DNA from: Balanoglossus misakiensis
Taxonomy: Eukaryota > Animalia > Hemichordata
NCBI GenBank assembly: GCA_040954595.2
Contig: CM082581.2
Location: 9,403,878 to 9,467,877, forward strand
Direction: 5' to 3'
DNA length: 64,000 bases
How positions within the stretch are numbered: the first letter of the stretch is position 1; every line of letters begins with the position of its first letter. The notes beneath the pieces are model-generated. The model was not told where the DNA came from, ran no database searches, and saw nothing but the letters and a program-made list of their open reading frames with translations. Made by a program: the position numbers and the translations under genes. Positions 1 to 10,863 of the stretch are shown here, piece after piece.

Positions 1-694
1 AGTACTGCGGCCTTTAGTGAGTGTACAAAGTGGGCGTGTGGGTCTTGCTCAGTAGTACACATATTTTTGTATCCAGAATATGGAATAGTGTTTTATCGAT
101 CACCGTCGGTTGGGCATGCGAGGCACCCGCAGCCATGCCCGAAGTGTGTTTGCGAGGCGATCCTCGGCAAAGTCCGAGCAAACAGAACTCATCTGTCGGA
201 AACTTCACACGTGAGGATACGTTTTACCCACGTACCAAAGCCTCATTAGTTTCTTTGCATGGCATCTTAATATGTTCTGAGGAGGAGGACAGATTAACTG
301 AAGAGTCGTGATATGGCCGCCAATAGTTTCCCATCAATAATTTGTTTCAGAAAGTCTCTGATTGTTTTTATATCAAAGATAGGTGGAGAGAAAAACACAG
401 TATAACGAGATTAGTGACAGCTGCGTCAGATATGAGCGAAACCTCAATGACAGTTCACATGTAACATTGCGTAAACAGACTGGACTATGTTCATTTCATT
501 GTCTTCAACGGACTATTCCATTACATAATTATGTATACCTCTTTTGCCAGTTCGTATCCGTTTGGATTCATTTCAATCAGTGCTGATCCTGTTAGCCAGA
601 GGAGATCTGTTTTCCAGATCAGCATTGTCTTTCATCTCTCACATATACTAAGTATCCTGTATACACCAACAGAGCACATGGATAGGTGAACTAA

Positions 695-833
695 TCGCTC
701 GCTCGCTCCGGCGATCGATCGATCGATCGATCAGTCAGTCAGTCAGTCAGTCGACCGATCGTCAGTTTGGCAAGTAAAATACTGATGTATGGTGTGATAT
801 GATATGATATATGATGCGAAGCGAAGCGAGGCG
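695..833. repeat. Compound short tandem repeats (CGCT, GATC, TCAG, ATATG, GCGAA)
   Basis: Successive short runs: tcgctcgctcgct, gatcgatcgatc, tcagtcagtcag, gatatgatatgatat, gcgaagcgaagcga. Confidence 0.8.
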
Positions 834-3800
834 ATACATTATCATATGATCAATATTCATTACCCCTGTCTATGTTTAATAACAGAGAAAGTTCGCATAT
901 TGAATCATTTTTGACGGACTGCGTCAGGCCTGCTTTTTCCCGAAAGGAAAACAGTTTTGTCGTGTGGTTGTGTGTTGGAGGTTGAAAAACAAAGGAGTAA
1001 CTCTGCAATGTGCACATGGGATGAGATCCTAGATCCAAAGTAGACTGTGACCACACTTGAATGATGATACATAAATGGCATGTGTTATCACCTTAAAATT
1101 CGTATTAAGGGGCTGCGCTCTTGTTAAACATGTATGCTCAAAGTCAAAGGTCATGGATACAACATAGATACCAAAGTACGTTTCATGATTTGAAGAATCC
1201 CCTTTCCGTTTGGCTACAGACTTTGCTTCTGCCAAAAGGCATAAAAATCTCTTTTGAGTTGAGGCGTTACGCTCTTCCCCGGCCACAGAACCCTGGCTAG
1301 AGTTCAAAGGTCACTGACAGGGAGTTTTGATTGATGCCCCGGGGTTCAATGCAGAAACTAGTCCTGCCACATGGCAGATGGAGGGGAGGGGGTCACTTCT
1401 CGGACAAATGGCACTGCACCCTGACAAAGTTCACGACACGAAATTGACAGTGTTACGAAAACCCGCTCAATCGTTGCTATAGACGCTCTGCACCCGAATG
1501 AACAAAAAGCCATAAATTTGTTGCTGAGTTGATGGAGATTTACTTAAAATGCTCAAAACATGTGTAAACCAAGCAGTTCCAACACTCTACACGTCCAATT
1601 ATGTCTCGGACACTCCGCAGATCTGCCAAGGAGAAAGCGGGCAGGGTTTTCTCTGTGTTAGCGAAATCTGTCAACCTTAGGCATAATCCGTCTCGACATA
1701 CTGTGCTCATTAATTAACAGTAGAAAGGGGGTCATTTTCCTAAAGTTACAAAACTAAATTTATCGACATTAAATTTTTTTTCGATACACCCGTACGAATA
1801 CAGCCGTTAGAATGCCCGCGAAGTGGTTTCTATGCACGCAACGATAGAGAAATGCGGTGAGGCGGTCTCAGAGACTCTTTTCACAAACTTATTTTTTTTG
1901 TATGGCCGGGAAAACATTTCAAAGAGGCGGATCCCTTTTCGTTGATTAACGATTCCCTGGCAAAGAAAAATATAACTGGCCACAATCTCGCCCCGATCTC
2001 ACCCAGTAAGTCTATTCATCACATTGCCGACATTTTTGCATTTGAAATACTGTCTTTTCTTATGTAAACTTTCTTAAATTTATGTTTGTGGAACATTGAT
2101 CCGTATCAAAATATGTACACATCTAATATTTGCGCCTTCAGTTTTAGATACATATCTTGACAGGGGTTTCGTCGTGAACTCTGACCCAGACTGTGTTCGC
2201 CAAAGCCAGCGTGCAAGTTGCAGTCACCACCAATTTCACAAAACCTCCTTTCGGCCACTCCACGATCTGTTTCCAACGCAACAACGCGCAGACGACGAGC
2301 AATTTAGCGTTGAATTTAAACATTCGCTGGATAGACACCGCTGGTGTTTTTCTCAACGAAGAAAGACAAATTGGTGTTTATTTACTCAAAAATTTGATTT
2401 ACCTGTCAGATTCTTTGTATACTTTCAAACGCGATAATGTTTGCAACACCAAGGATTTTGCGCATGACATAGCAACGGAGTACCTCACCCGACATGCCTG
2501 GTATTTTTTTGACATTGATTTTTAGACTGGACGGGTGAGCGTTATCCAGCTGCACCCCGTGCTATATTATTATTAAGAACCACGCCGGCTAGGCTTGTCA
2601 GTGAACATTCGCAATGTATATATTTCAGAGCGAAATAGCCCGGTCGAGAAGTACGTTAATCCTCCACGGAAATGTTAGCGTTAGTCAGCAAATAAGTTTT
2701 CCAAGTGGAGAAATCCACGAGGCGCGGGAAGCAGGAAACAACAGGGCCCGGCCTGTCACTACTATTAAACGCTGCAAGTTAAAACTGCGGTGATGTGACG
2801 AATGAAATGCAGCGCCGCAACAGGTGCACTGCAGAGCCTGCAACGCTCAACTGCAACGGGACGTTTCAATTTGAATTTCAAAACATCCTTCTGCAACGCG
2901 CCCAACGCCTTAGACTGCAAAAAGATTGTTCGAGAAATTTACCTGATCGAAAAACTACCTTCATCTAGTTTTTTTTTAAATAGGATGTGGATGATCTACT
3001 TGAACATACAGTGAAATCAAGCAAATGCTGTACACATTCTCTCGGGTCAATATTTGGGGTTTAACTCGAGCGAGGTTAGATTCATGCTTAATAGAGTGGC
3101 CATGGTAACGGAAGAGCAAATGTGGTATTCCGTGATGGTGTGTGTGTGCGTGTGCAAAAGTCGGTGAACTCGGGGGTCACCGGTGAGAAAGTGTGGTTCG
3201 TTGTATAAATGCGAACATTTTCAGATTTAATCGGTTTAGAATATGTTAAATTAACACGACTGCACGACATTAAGTCTGGAAGTCAGCATCTTGTTAATGT
3301 GTTCTTTTTGGGTCGAGTTTGTTCCAAATACAATACTGTTGTTCTCACCCATTTTCTGTACCATACCATTCGAGACTATTTGCCGGTGATTATCATTCCG
3401 CTGTCAAATCCTCTCAGACATTCTTGGTTCTTACCTTATAAAGCGATGTAGCACATCGGGTGTATTTAATCGGTAAATAGGCGTACGTTCATAGAGAGAG
3501 AGCTATTCCTAGACCATCCGTCATCGCCATCCGCATCATGTGCAAAGCCTTCGACCGTAATCGAGTCGCAGATATTGTTACCCGTCTACTTGAAATCGGG
3601 AGAATGTCTTGCTGTTTTTGTCAACCCCTTTGTAGGACAGATTTCCACTTGGTCGCCCGGTTACAGTCAATAACTCGATGTTTCCATTAGGCATGTTGAG
3701 GTCCTACCTTAAATGCCGTGTAATGGGCCGGAGTGGGAGTACTTCAGCGTATTGAACTATGTGCTGAGTCGGTTTCACTGTTTATACCCCCCGACACTCT

Positions 3801-4993
3801 CGCCGTCGTCTGAGCGAACTGACAAAAACGTGGAAAGCTTTGACAGGTACATGGCGTACAAGTGTCAGACAAAAGTCTTTCGTCGTATATCACAGTCACT
3901 TTTGTCCACGGTGGGTCGTGGTTAGTTTCAGCAGTCAGCGGTTAGCGATGAAAATTTCCAAGAAAGGGTCAGACAAAAGTATCGCGATTATTTCACTGAC
4001 AATATTTCTTTTGTTGTTTTATAGCTATAATATTTTACCATCTGACAAAGGGGTTTGTGTTTTATCCGTTTTTTATTTGTTTTTTTTTTTAAATTATTCG
4101 AAGTGATTTGCTTCTTGAAATTATAGAGACGCTCTTACTAGTAAATGCCAACAAGGCGGGATATGCAGTAACAAAGGGCAGAGGAAGAAATCAAACGTAA
4201 AACCAGCTATGGAACACAGCAGATGAAAATGAAAGACGTGTACATTTACGTACAAAACAAACCAATTAACAATATTGACAGAACCTGTGCGTTCTGCAGG
4301 AACGAAGGAATAGCAGAGACAGTTTGATATAAATGGGGGGCACGGCGTCTCCTTACTGGTGCGGTGGGTTTCGACCCGATGGCGAGAGTGCCTGGCGCCT
4401 GACAAATGTACTTATCACAACTTAAATATATACTCCGTAAGAGTTGATTTATAAACTTCTGAATCTTGGACATTTTACTGATCGAAGTCAAGGATGGTGG
4501 GAATATTGATGAATGATCTAGACTGGAACTGCGTTTGTACAAATCGAACGGGTGGCGCTCCGTGATTGCGGATGTGGTTGTGCGCCCATAATGACCAGTA
4601 GGGCCTATCCACGCCAACAGGATGGCCGTGACATCGAGCTACGAGAAAGTGTGGCTCATGACAATATACGTCAGTTTGCGCAAACATGTTACCGTGTAGT
4701 TTGGGGGATATTAGTGTAACTGGCGAGATTTTTCTTATTTACTAAAATTTAATTTATGAAAGATTATCATAGTCATATTGAACATTTTTCAGCAGCTTGT
4801 GCCAAAGTGGTCATTCCATATATATGGGGAAATTGGGCTACTTGTTCGATTTCTGCTTGATGCGTAAACACTCGGGTATCAGAAGTGTCGCACATGGAAA
4901 AACAACTTCGATTAAAAGGAAGTTTGTCTCACAGCAAAACGCAACACAACATGAGCACATTTACAAGTGGACCTTCTTTCGATTCATTTGCAG

Positions 4994-5181
4994 CCGCCCA
5001 ATTGTCCTCGCCTCTATCAGCGACGCCCGCTACGGACACGGAAGTGGACACTCCACAGAATAGGGCGAGCACACCCCGTCAGACCCCGCCACCCGATGAC
5101 AAACGCGCCAATGGGGCAAAACAAGATGTTGATTTCTGCAAAGAGATGAACAGCGCTCTGGAGGGACAGCTACTGTTACAG
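4994..5181 (+). CDS. AHR-like exon: linker before PAS-A ending ...EGQLLLQ
   Basis: Acceptor ttcatttgcag|CC (phase 1) and donor CAG|gtaaac (phase 0). Lies in the 4885..5223 ORF and ends at the LLQ|AL junction also split in vertebrate AHR. Confidence 0.8.
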
Positions 5182-8100
5182 GTAAACCTCTTTACACAAT
5201 GGCCGCGTCTTGATACAGGCTGAGATGATCTATATCGATGTCAGTTGCTAGCCAAATGATGTTTGCGCAGTAGATGGCTTTATTTTTCAAGTGAAGGACA
5301 GAGTTGAAAGTACGACCATGCTCAATCATGCACTAATGATCCTACGCGATGAAAGTGATAAGAGCTGTCATCCCGCGGTGACCGCAAAAACGCGAAAATG
5401 AATCTGCACAAGCGCAGATGGCGCGATGCGGGTTGCCATGAGATGGTTTTCAACGTTGGGGGATAAAGAGCGAATTTTGGGCATGCTGATCGTGGGAATT
5501 AACTGAAAGAAATGTTAATAGAGATCACAAAGCACAAAGGAGTGTCGTGTGATTCTCGTTTTCTTCGAGGAGGGACTGTTTGACGGTATATGACCAACCA
5601 TCATTGGCTGACCAACAACCTTGCTTCAAGAGCGCTTATCCAACTAAACGTTTGACAAAATCCACCTCAGACAAGCAGGATATGAATATCCACATGCCAA
5701 AAAAGGCCACATCTTTTATTCTTCCACGTCCACGCCACTATCCCCAGGTGGATTAAGTAAATATTTGCGTCATGATTTTAGCTTGTATCACAGATTATGT
5801 CATCGAAGCATTCATAAGCATTCAGATCCAAGGTGGAAATCTCGCGCCATTCACTGCGCGATGGTTCAGCATATTTCAGTCGGAATAGCAAGTAACAGCA
5901 ATTTTGTGAAATATGTAAAAAAAGTAATCACAAAATGTTGACTCTCTCACTGAAAGACCAATTGTGAGGCGCGTGTATCGACCGGTTATCAACACCGAAA
6001 ATGAACATACAATTAAAGAGGGCCTAAATTGGAATATGGCCGCCTCCACCAAACTACACAAGGAAACAAAGTAGATCCCATTGCCATCATGTTATATTTG
6101 TTTCACAGTGGAAAGTTTTATTTGTACGTCTCGTTCATTAAATAGTTACATTCGAATGAATTCTTTAAATCAAAGGAATTAATTCATAACCACAAATTAG
6201 GCTATTCTGAGGTGCGTCGTGGCAGTATACAGTACAGAATCGTGCACAAAAGTAGGCCCCTATTTAGCCAATTTAGAGAAACCCAATGTTCCAGGTCAGG
6301 TCCGTTCAAGTTAAACCACTTGACCGAGAAAACGACAGAGTTTTCTCATTGTCCTATCAACTTTATACACGGTGTTGACTACCAAAATACTTGTTCACCG
6401 ACGACAATGGATTTTTTCTCTGTTCTCCACGAGTTCCTGCAAACGATAGAGCAGAATCACATCTTCAATTGACGATGGGGGCAGTCTCGCTTCTTCCCTC
6501 GTGGTTTGAACATGGAGTTACCACAGACCTCCCTGGTTTGACAACATTTACAACAGACACTCCCAGTCAACTATTCCTTAAGTTTTTTCGGCCTATTTGC
6601 CACTCAGTAAAATTTCCATTTCTTTCTCGAACTGTCGAATGACTCGGTGGTTCATGAAGAGTATCTGACCATTTGGCAGAAACTGGTGCAGAATTGTTGT
6701 GACTTTGTCCGCCTTTGTCAGGGCCTCCGTCGGCTGAGAGATCACTCGCACGTACTCTTGGAGGTATCGGATAATGGTAGTAAGCACCGTCTCTGCCTGG
6801 ATGCGATTTTCATGCTTGTCGCAGACCAGGTCGAAAGCGCAGTTCGCGGTGGCCGCCCAAACAACCACCCTCTCCGTGGTGAAGGGGTCGCCAGCTCGCA
6901 GTCTCAACACCCCCTTCTCAAACGGCAGAGCAGACTCATCAGAGTTTAAGATCTGGAGTTCTTGTTCATACGTCCTGTTACACACGGCTCTGCGAAAGGA
7001 GAACTCGGACTGCACTTGCTTGGCCACGATTTCGAGCTGTTCTTTGCGTACACAGCGAAGTTCACTCCCACTGGGTGATTCATCGCCATCTGCCTGTTCG
7101 ATTTCGATATCTTCCTGGCCAAACGTGGCCGAGTACAGTACCCTACATGTACCTGGTTGAAGGGTGTGTATCAAGAAACCGTGAACCATCGTCCCTAGGG
7201 CCGACTAAAACACTAAAACCATGAAAACATCCACGACACCTTGCACTACAACTGGCCTTCGTCGACGAACTCTCTCCTTCAACCCGGAAGTGTTCGTTAC
7301 GCTCGCTCAACTCATGCAATTATTCCGAGACTCGCGAGAGGGCGCTATACATTCTAGCTTTTGGCGAGAGCTTCAAGGTCGTCGCTCAAACTTCAGAAGT
7401 CAACTTTAGTTTACGCCATCTTTCCCCGTAGCTTAATGAATATAATGACGGTTTTATATTCCAGGCGCTTGATGGATTCCTGTTCGTTCTGACGTCCGAT
7501 GGAACGATTTTATACACGTCTGAAAACATCGCCACGCATCTTGGATTTAACCAAGTGGATCTGGTCCACAGATGCATCTATGGAATCGTTCACCCCGATG
7601 ATCATCATGAACTCAAAGTTGTGCTGGAACATACGTTACCCGATCCAAGAAGACCGGTAAGTGTTTCATAGTAAATTAAAATGTTTCCTTCAACAAAAAA
7701 ACGAAAGCAAGCAAGCAAACAAACTGAAAACATAAACTGAACTGAACTAAAGCTAACCAAAATCAAATCAAAGCAAAGCAAACATACTATCATTGGCTAT
7801 TAACAAATCTCTTCATTTTAGGAGTCCCAGCAGTCGGTTTATGACGTCACCAACTCAGAATGTCCCGATTATAAGAAGGTCTGTTTTCTGGTGAGACTGA
7901 AGTGTTTCAACGGAACCAGCACGGGATATGTGAAGATGCAGTGCAACGGCACTATGAGATCATTCCCAGAAGTGGTCAAAGCCAGTAGTCGTACATCCTG
8001 CCAAGTTCTGTTCGGCGTCTGCAGACCTTTCATCACCATGGCATCCGATGCCAACATTGACGTGAAGAAAAACGTCTTCAGTAGCAAACACGACATGGAT

Positions 8101-10133
8101 CTCAAAGTGAAAAGTGTGGAGGACAGGTCCGTCTCTAGTTGCATTTTTCTATTCTTGACTACATTGTTTTGAAATCAACTTTGTTACTGTAGTTCTCATA
8201 ATATGTAATGGTGGCTTTTATATTTTGTATTCTTAACAGTGTCCATTCTCTTTTATTCCATACAGGGTTTTTGATGTGACAGGCTATGAACCGAGTCAGT
8301 TAGAAGGCAAGTCCTTCTACGAAATGATACATATACATGACATAGCCACAGTATATGCCTGGCATAAATTATGTAAGTCAATACTCAGTTTATCGTTTAT
8401 TAAGATATTTTCCATTTTATTTAGACGTTTTTCGTTTTCCATTCAGCACAACAAAATATTTTACATATCATACATTTTGAATACATACATTCCATTTTTC
8501 ACGCTACACATCGCACATAAAATTTTGACTCATAAATTTGAAAGTATACTAAAATGCCAAATATCTCGTATTAACTTTTGCAGTAGTGGACACATCTGAA
8601 ATCAACACCATGTATTTTCGCATCATGAAAAGTGATGGCACGTGGGTGTGGCTTCACACACGAGGAAAAGTAGTCTTCAAAAATTCTCGAAAATTTTTGG
8701 TTTCCATGACTCACTGTCCAGTCAGGTAAGAATGAAAAATGCAAAATAATTTGTAAGACACTATCAAATAGTACTTGAAAATTTTCACCCCTTGGTATAG
8801 ATGCAGTATTGAAACAAATGTCATGAATTAATTGTGTAATTTTCTTCCTGGATTTAGAGAGGAAGACAGTTCATACTTGGGACAAGAAGCAATGATGAGG
8901 AGTCGGTATGCCATCCAAGAACTGATGAAGAATAAACTCACAACAGAGCCAACGGCGGACGAAGACCAGTACTTGACGTGGAACCCTAACTGCAGCATAC
9001 TGAAACACAAACAGTTCATCGACGACGGGCCTCTCTCCCTCCAGACGTCCGGCAGCATCTGTCCGTCCAGCTACCACCAGTCCACGGACAGACACTCGCC
9101 GGTGTTTCCGTCGACCTACGTGTACAACAGGTACCAGCCGAGGGAGCGCCCCTCGCTGGTGCGTTCGAAGGCGTTCGAGCCCGTGGCCGCAGCGGCACTG
9201 CGCCCACCGGTGGCGGCATTGCCGCACCACCACGACGGGCAGCAATATCATTTCTTTGGGTACACGTACGAACAACAGTTTACCAGCCTGCCAATGGGCG
9301 ATAATAACCAGACACCGCTGTACACACAGCAGAGACTGAGCCACATGCCCGTTGAGCACTACCATTACAACGACTGTGCGATGTCATGGCCTCCCCAGCC
9401 AGAAATTAAAATCGAGCCCACATACACAAACATTGACAGCCGCCACCAGGCGATGCCATTCGACCCGGTGCCCTTAACTCCACAGACGTCCCCAGATACT
9501 GTCTACCACGTGCAATATCACAACGCATCCATGACGTCACAAGTTAATAACGGAATGTACCCCAATGCTCCCCTCTCCCCACCACCCTCACCTGTTGCCA
9601 TAACGTCGGGGTGGAAGGAGTGTCCCCAGGTCTATCCCGCTGGGGGCGCGAGTCACTCCGGACATTTGGAGTCGGGGTTTCTCAGCTTTAAGGGGAGGGA
9701 ACCTTGCCATGGGCCGTTGTACAGAAAGGCAATACACAGGACTCGGGCGCCGAACGGAGCTGGTGAGAACAATTTCACTGGAGCCGCCAGTGAAGATTAC
9801 TGCGATTTCACGCCCGAAAACGCGGGAATGCAGCAGGCAGACAGCGTGCAATTCTCGGCCGACAAAAACGCCAAGAGCTGCCTGTACGACACGGCGCACG
9901 GCAGGGCGAAATACTGCCAAGTCCGCGAGAGCCCAGCCGCAAACGGCCACCAGCCGTGCCCAGTAGCAACAGCGAGCAACAATAACTATCTCGGAGCAAA
10001 GGTTGCTATCAGCAACGGCCATTACAGCCACAGTGATGATCCTCTGACACGGGCATCTTCGTTGCCTCCGATTGGAAGTTTTTTGGACTTTCTCAATGAA
10101 GAGATGATAGTTCCAATAAATGGGTCAGTGTGA
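4994..10133 (+). CDS. Aryl hydrocarbon receptor (AHR)-like bHLH-PAS family transcription factor, 5'-partial gene model: join(4994..5181,7465..7656,7822..8126,8266..8372,8584..8725,8858..10133)
   Basis: Six exons bounded by AG/GT splice in frame (junction phases 1|0|0|2|1|2). The translation has PAS-A (EGQLLLQALDGFLFVLTSDGTILYTSENIATHLGFNQVDLVHRCIYGIVHPDD; cf. AHR EGEFLLQALNGFVLVV...[21 protein letters not shown]), the AHR-type linker (CFLVRLKCFNGTSTGYVKMQCNG; cf. [23 protein letters not shown]), PAS-B/PAC and a long low-complexity tail. The bHLH exon was not found, so exact orthology is uncertain. Confidence 0.88.
6117..6122 (-). terminator. Probable polyadenylation signal of AP5S1
   Basis: First AATAAA I found on - downstream of the stop (about 470 nt of 3'UTR), followed by a U/GU-rich tract (TTTGTTTCCTTGTGTAGTTT, 6070-6051). 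Confidence 0.5.
6593..7189 (-). CDS. AP5S1: AP-5 complex subunit sigma-1 (198 aa, intronless CDS, nested in the AHR-like intron)
   Basis: N-terminus MVHGFLIHTL..G.CRVLYS..FG, internal RKEQL..VA.QV.S, HENR..AE..L and C-terminal L..ADK...IL..FLP.GQ.LF.N...I.Q.EKE match AP5S1 as I recall it, along the full length. Confidence 0.95.
   Translation of the reverse strand: MVHGFLIHTLQPGTCRVLYSATFGQEDIEIEQADGDESPSGSELRCVRKEQLEIVAKQVQSEFSFRRAVCNRTYEQELQILNSDESALPFEKGVLRLRAGDPFTTERVVVWAATANCAFDLVCDKHENRIQAETVLTTIIRYLQEYVRVISQPTEALTKADKVTTILHQFLPNGQILFMNHRVIRQFEKEMEILLSGK
7245..7347 (-). promoter_or_regulatory. Putative housekeeping promoter of AP5S1
   Basis: Four motifs lie 55-160 bp upstream of the AP5S1 ATG: ACTACAACT (ZNF143/SBS-like, 7245), CCGGAAGTG (ETS/GABP, 7284-7292), palindromic CTCGCGAG (BANP/ZBTB33-type, 7331-7338) and AGAGGGCGCTA (7337-7347). 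Confidence 0.6.
7465..7656 (+). CDS. AHR-like exon: PAS-A domain
   Basis: Acceptor tatattccag|GCG, donor CCG|gtaagt. Encodes ALDGFLFVLTSDGTILYTSENIATHLGFNQVDLVHRCIYGIVHPDDHHELKVVLEHTLPDPRRP. Not in the ORF track because it has no start codon. Confidence 0.92.
7822..8126 (+). CDS. AHR-like exon: PAS-A C-terminal part and start of PAS-B
   Basis: Acceptor cattttag|GAG, donor AG|gtccgt (phase 2). Encodes ESQQ...KVCFLVRLKCFNGTSTGY...NVFSSKHDMDLKVKSVEDR. Confidence 0.9.
8266..8372 (+). CDS. AHR-like exon: PAS-B
   Basis: Acceptor ccatacag|G, donor T|gtaagt (phase 1). Encodes VFDVTGYEPSQLEGKSFYEMIHIHDIATVYAWHKL. Confidence 0.9.
8584..8725 (+). CDS. AHR-like exon: PAC motif
   Basis: Acceptor cttttgcag|TA, donor AG|gtaaga (phase 2). 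Encodes VDTSEINTMYFRIMKSDGTWVWLHTRGKVVFKNSRKFLVSMTHCPV, with the PAS/PAC FR...G.WVW signature. Confidence 0.9.
8858..10133 (+). CDS. AHR-like terminal coding exon: P/Q/H/S-rich C-terminal regulatory region
   Basis: Acceptor gatttag|A is in frame with the 433-aa ORF 8832..10133. GC-rich coding-like composition, stop TGA at 10131-10133. Confidence 0.88.
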
Positions 10134-10857
10134 GTAGAGAGATGCCGCGCCTAGACTGCCCCCTTCCCCCCTTTCATGCGTGGATCCGTGCAATTGTTAT
10201 TTGCTGGAGAACTCCCATTGGCTTCCGTCTGATCTTTTTGAATCTTTCACCTTAATTTCCCAGGGAACAGGTTCAAAGCACACACGTATAACATAGTTGC
10301 ATAGTCTCTGTGGTACAAAATGACAAGTGTCTATTCTCAGCACAGATTGGTGCAGAGAAATAGAACTTTTCTGCCATCGTTTAATAATGATAAACACGTG
10401 GTCGTTGCCCTATTAATCTGTTGTTGGGTTAAAACCCTGCATGACTGAAAGGGTTCAACGGTCTCACTATTTCTTTCTCTAGTTTTTTCAAGATTAAAAG
10501 CATTTTATTCAGATCGTTCTTTTGTGTGGGATTTGTCCGTTTTCTACACCAAGATTTTCTCAACCAATGGTGTATTGAATGTACAATAAGCAACATCCCA
10601 CGCTGAACGAAGAGATCCTGTTCACCCTGTGAATGTTCTAGTCATCCAAGGCCCCTTAGGATTCCTTTGATTTTTTTGACGAACATAAGAGGTTTCACTT
10701 TTAACTGAGGTTGAGTTTTCAGCATCATTGCAGTTTTGATGCATTTCTACCATCTGAATGTTTCTCTGTCCAACTAAAATTTTGACAATATTTAAATTGT
10801 AATTCCTTAATTTATTTTTGTCTGTAGATTAACTGTACATGTATTTGACAAAAGCTG

Positions 10858-10863
10858 AATAAA
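10858..10863 (+). terminator. Probable polyadenylation signal of the AHR-like gene
   Basis: AATAAA about 725 nt after the stop, in an AT-rich 3'UTR-like region. Confidence 0.45.

Noticed and set aside
3713-4240. Possible AHR-like exon 1 (MPCNGPEW...FDR|gtac) and a following segment containing RKKSNVKP
   Set aside because: The phase-2 donor is incompatible with exon 4994 without a bHLH exon in between. The following segment hits a stop and has no HLH.
6647-7160. Plus-strand ORFs of 100 and 128 aa overlapping AP5S1
   Set aside because: Antisense shadow frames of a real CDS with no recognisable motifs.
8871-10031. Minus-strand ORFs (164, 147 aa and others) over the AHR-like last exon
   Set aside because: Shadow ORFs from GC-rich coding sequence on the opposite strand.
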